From positions 96,001 through 160,000 of the forward strand of contig OZ219917.1 of the NCBI GenBank assembly GCA_964291415.2: a DNA stretch of 64,000 nucleotides, in the 5' to 3' direction. Numbering within the stretch: position 1 is the stretch's first letter; every line of letters starts with the position of its first letter. The notes under the pieces were generated by a model. It was given only the letters and a program-made list of their open reading frames with translations. It did no database searches and was not told the DNA's origin. A program made the position numbers and the translations under genes. The DNA is from Alphaproteobacteria bacterium (lineage in GTDB: Bacteria; Pseudomonadota; Alphaproteobacteria; SP197). Shown here piece after piece: positions 63,097 through 64,000 of the stretch.

Positions 63097-63876
63097 ATGA
63101 GCGATCACGAGGAAAACGAGTATACCGACAGCTTTGTTGGCGCCATTGAACTGGTCTGGGGCGACGGCTTCCTGTCACCGGGCGGCAAGGAAGAGATCGC
63201 TCTCTTTCTCGAAGGTCTCGACATCTCAGGCAAGGAGGTCCTCGATGTCGGTTGCGGCATCGGCGGCTGTGACGTGGTGCTGGCGCGCGACTTCGGAGCG
63301 GCCCGTGTGCACGGTATCGATATCGAACAGCCGTTGCTGCGGCGCTGCGTTGAACGGGCCGAACGGGAGGGCCTTTCCGGGCGTCTGAGCTACGAGAAAG
63401 TCGAACCCGGTCCGTTTCCGCTGCCCGACGAGAGCTTCGATGTCGTGTTCAGCAAGGACGCCATGATTCACATCGAGGACAAGCATGCGCTGTTCGCCGA
63501 AGTCTTTCGGGTCTTGCGTCCGGGCGGGGTGTTCCTCGCCAGCGACTGGATGCGGCGGGACGAGGAACCGCCGGGACCGGAGACCCAGCACTGGCTGGAC
63601 ATTGTCGGTCTCACCTTCGGCATGCACTCGCCGCCCATCTACATCGACGCCCTGGAGGCAGCGGGATTCGTCAATTGCTCCAGCAGGGATCGCAACGCGT
63701 TCCTGATCCGCGTCTTGCGGGCGGACTACTCCCTGATCACCGGTGAGGGCCGGGAGGAACTCATCCGCCGCACGGGCGAGGAAGCCCAGCACTACACCGA
63801 TGTCTGGCATGCCGCGCTGCGCGCAGCCGAGGTCGGAGAGCTTCGGCCCGGTCACCTCAGGGGTTTCAAGCCATGA
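63097..63876 (+). CDS. SAM-dependent methyltransferase (phosphoethanolamine/sarcosine N-methyltransferase-like)
   Basis: WGDGFLSPGG, VLDVGCGIGG, FDVVFSKDAMIHIEDK, LRPGG..LASDW. Confidence 0.88.
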   Translation: MSDHEENEYTDSFVGAIELVWGDGFLSPGGKEEIALFLEGLDISGKEVLDVGCGIGGCDVVLARDFGAARVHGIDIEQPLLRRCVERAEREGLSGRLSYEKVEPGPFPLPDESFDVVFSKDAMIHIEDKHALFAEVFRVLRPGGVFLASDWMRRDEEPPGPETQHWLDIVGLTFGMHSPPIYIDALEAAGFVNCSSRDRNAFLIRVLRADYSLITGEGREELIRRTGEEAQHYTDVWHAALRAAEVGELRPGHLRGFKP

Positions 63877-64000
63877 GCGCTGCCTGCAGCTAACTCGCTC
63901 CGTTGATCGATCTGGCCAGAATGCGGGTGTACGTCCATGGCCAGGTTGCCGCGGCTTCGGTTTGGCGAGCGAACCCTCCATTGGAAGGCATCCGGGCTGC

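Noticed and set aside
1-64000. CRISPR array, tRNA, rRNA, retron msr-msd
   Set aside because: No regularly spaced short repeats or RNA-gene signatures seen by eye; neither RT has retron features.

Overview
High-GC window, probably from an alphaproteobacterium and plausibly a marine-sponge symbiont, since it carries a sup-type methyl-branched fatty-acid PKS cluster and many carnitine/choline/methylamine catabolic genes. It falls into five zones. (1) 1-18.3 kb: metabolic genes (MeaB, cytochrome c2, a TMADH-like/CoA-transferase/hydratase/lyase/ACAD/Rieske cluster, GT1, SthA). (2) 18.5-29 kb: nested mobile elements. A group II intron sits inside the 5' part of another intron, and its RT gene is split at the FFD motif by a 2.7-kb large-serine-recombinase element with an 8-bp core. 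A second intron targets a palindromic repeat, and its RT is fused in frame to the C-terminal half of an IS110 recombinase, followed by a small ORF and the N-terminal DEDD half of a different IS110, all between the intron's own 5' and 3' ends. (3) 29-40 kb: hydantoinase/LLM/aldolase genes, an AAA ATPase insert and a tandem-bacterioferritin-like gene. (4) 40-49 kb: lcdH...betA interrupted by a 5.9-kb stack of cargo blocks, each bracketed by 150-250 bp direct repeats, including a two-nuclease putative defence pair. (5) 50-64 kb: supB/C/D/A and an N-methyltransferase. Several frameshifts, mostly single extra bases, look like long-read assembly errors. No rRNA, tRNA or CRISPR array was seen. Family assignments come from motif recognition, not database searches.
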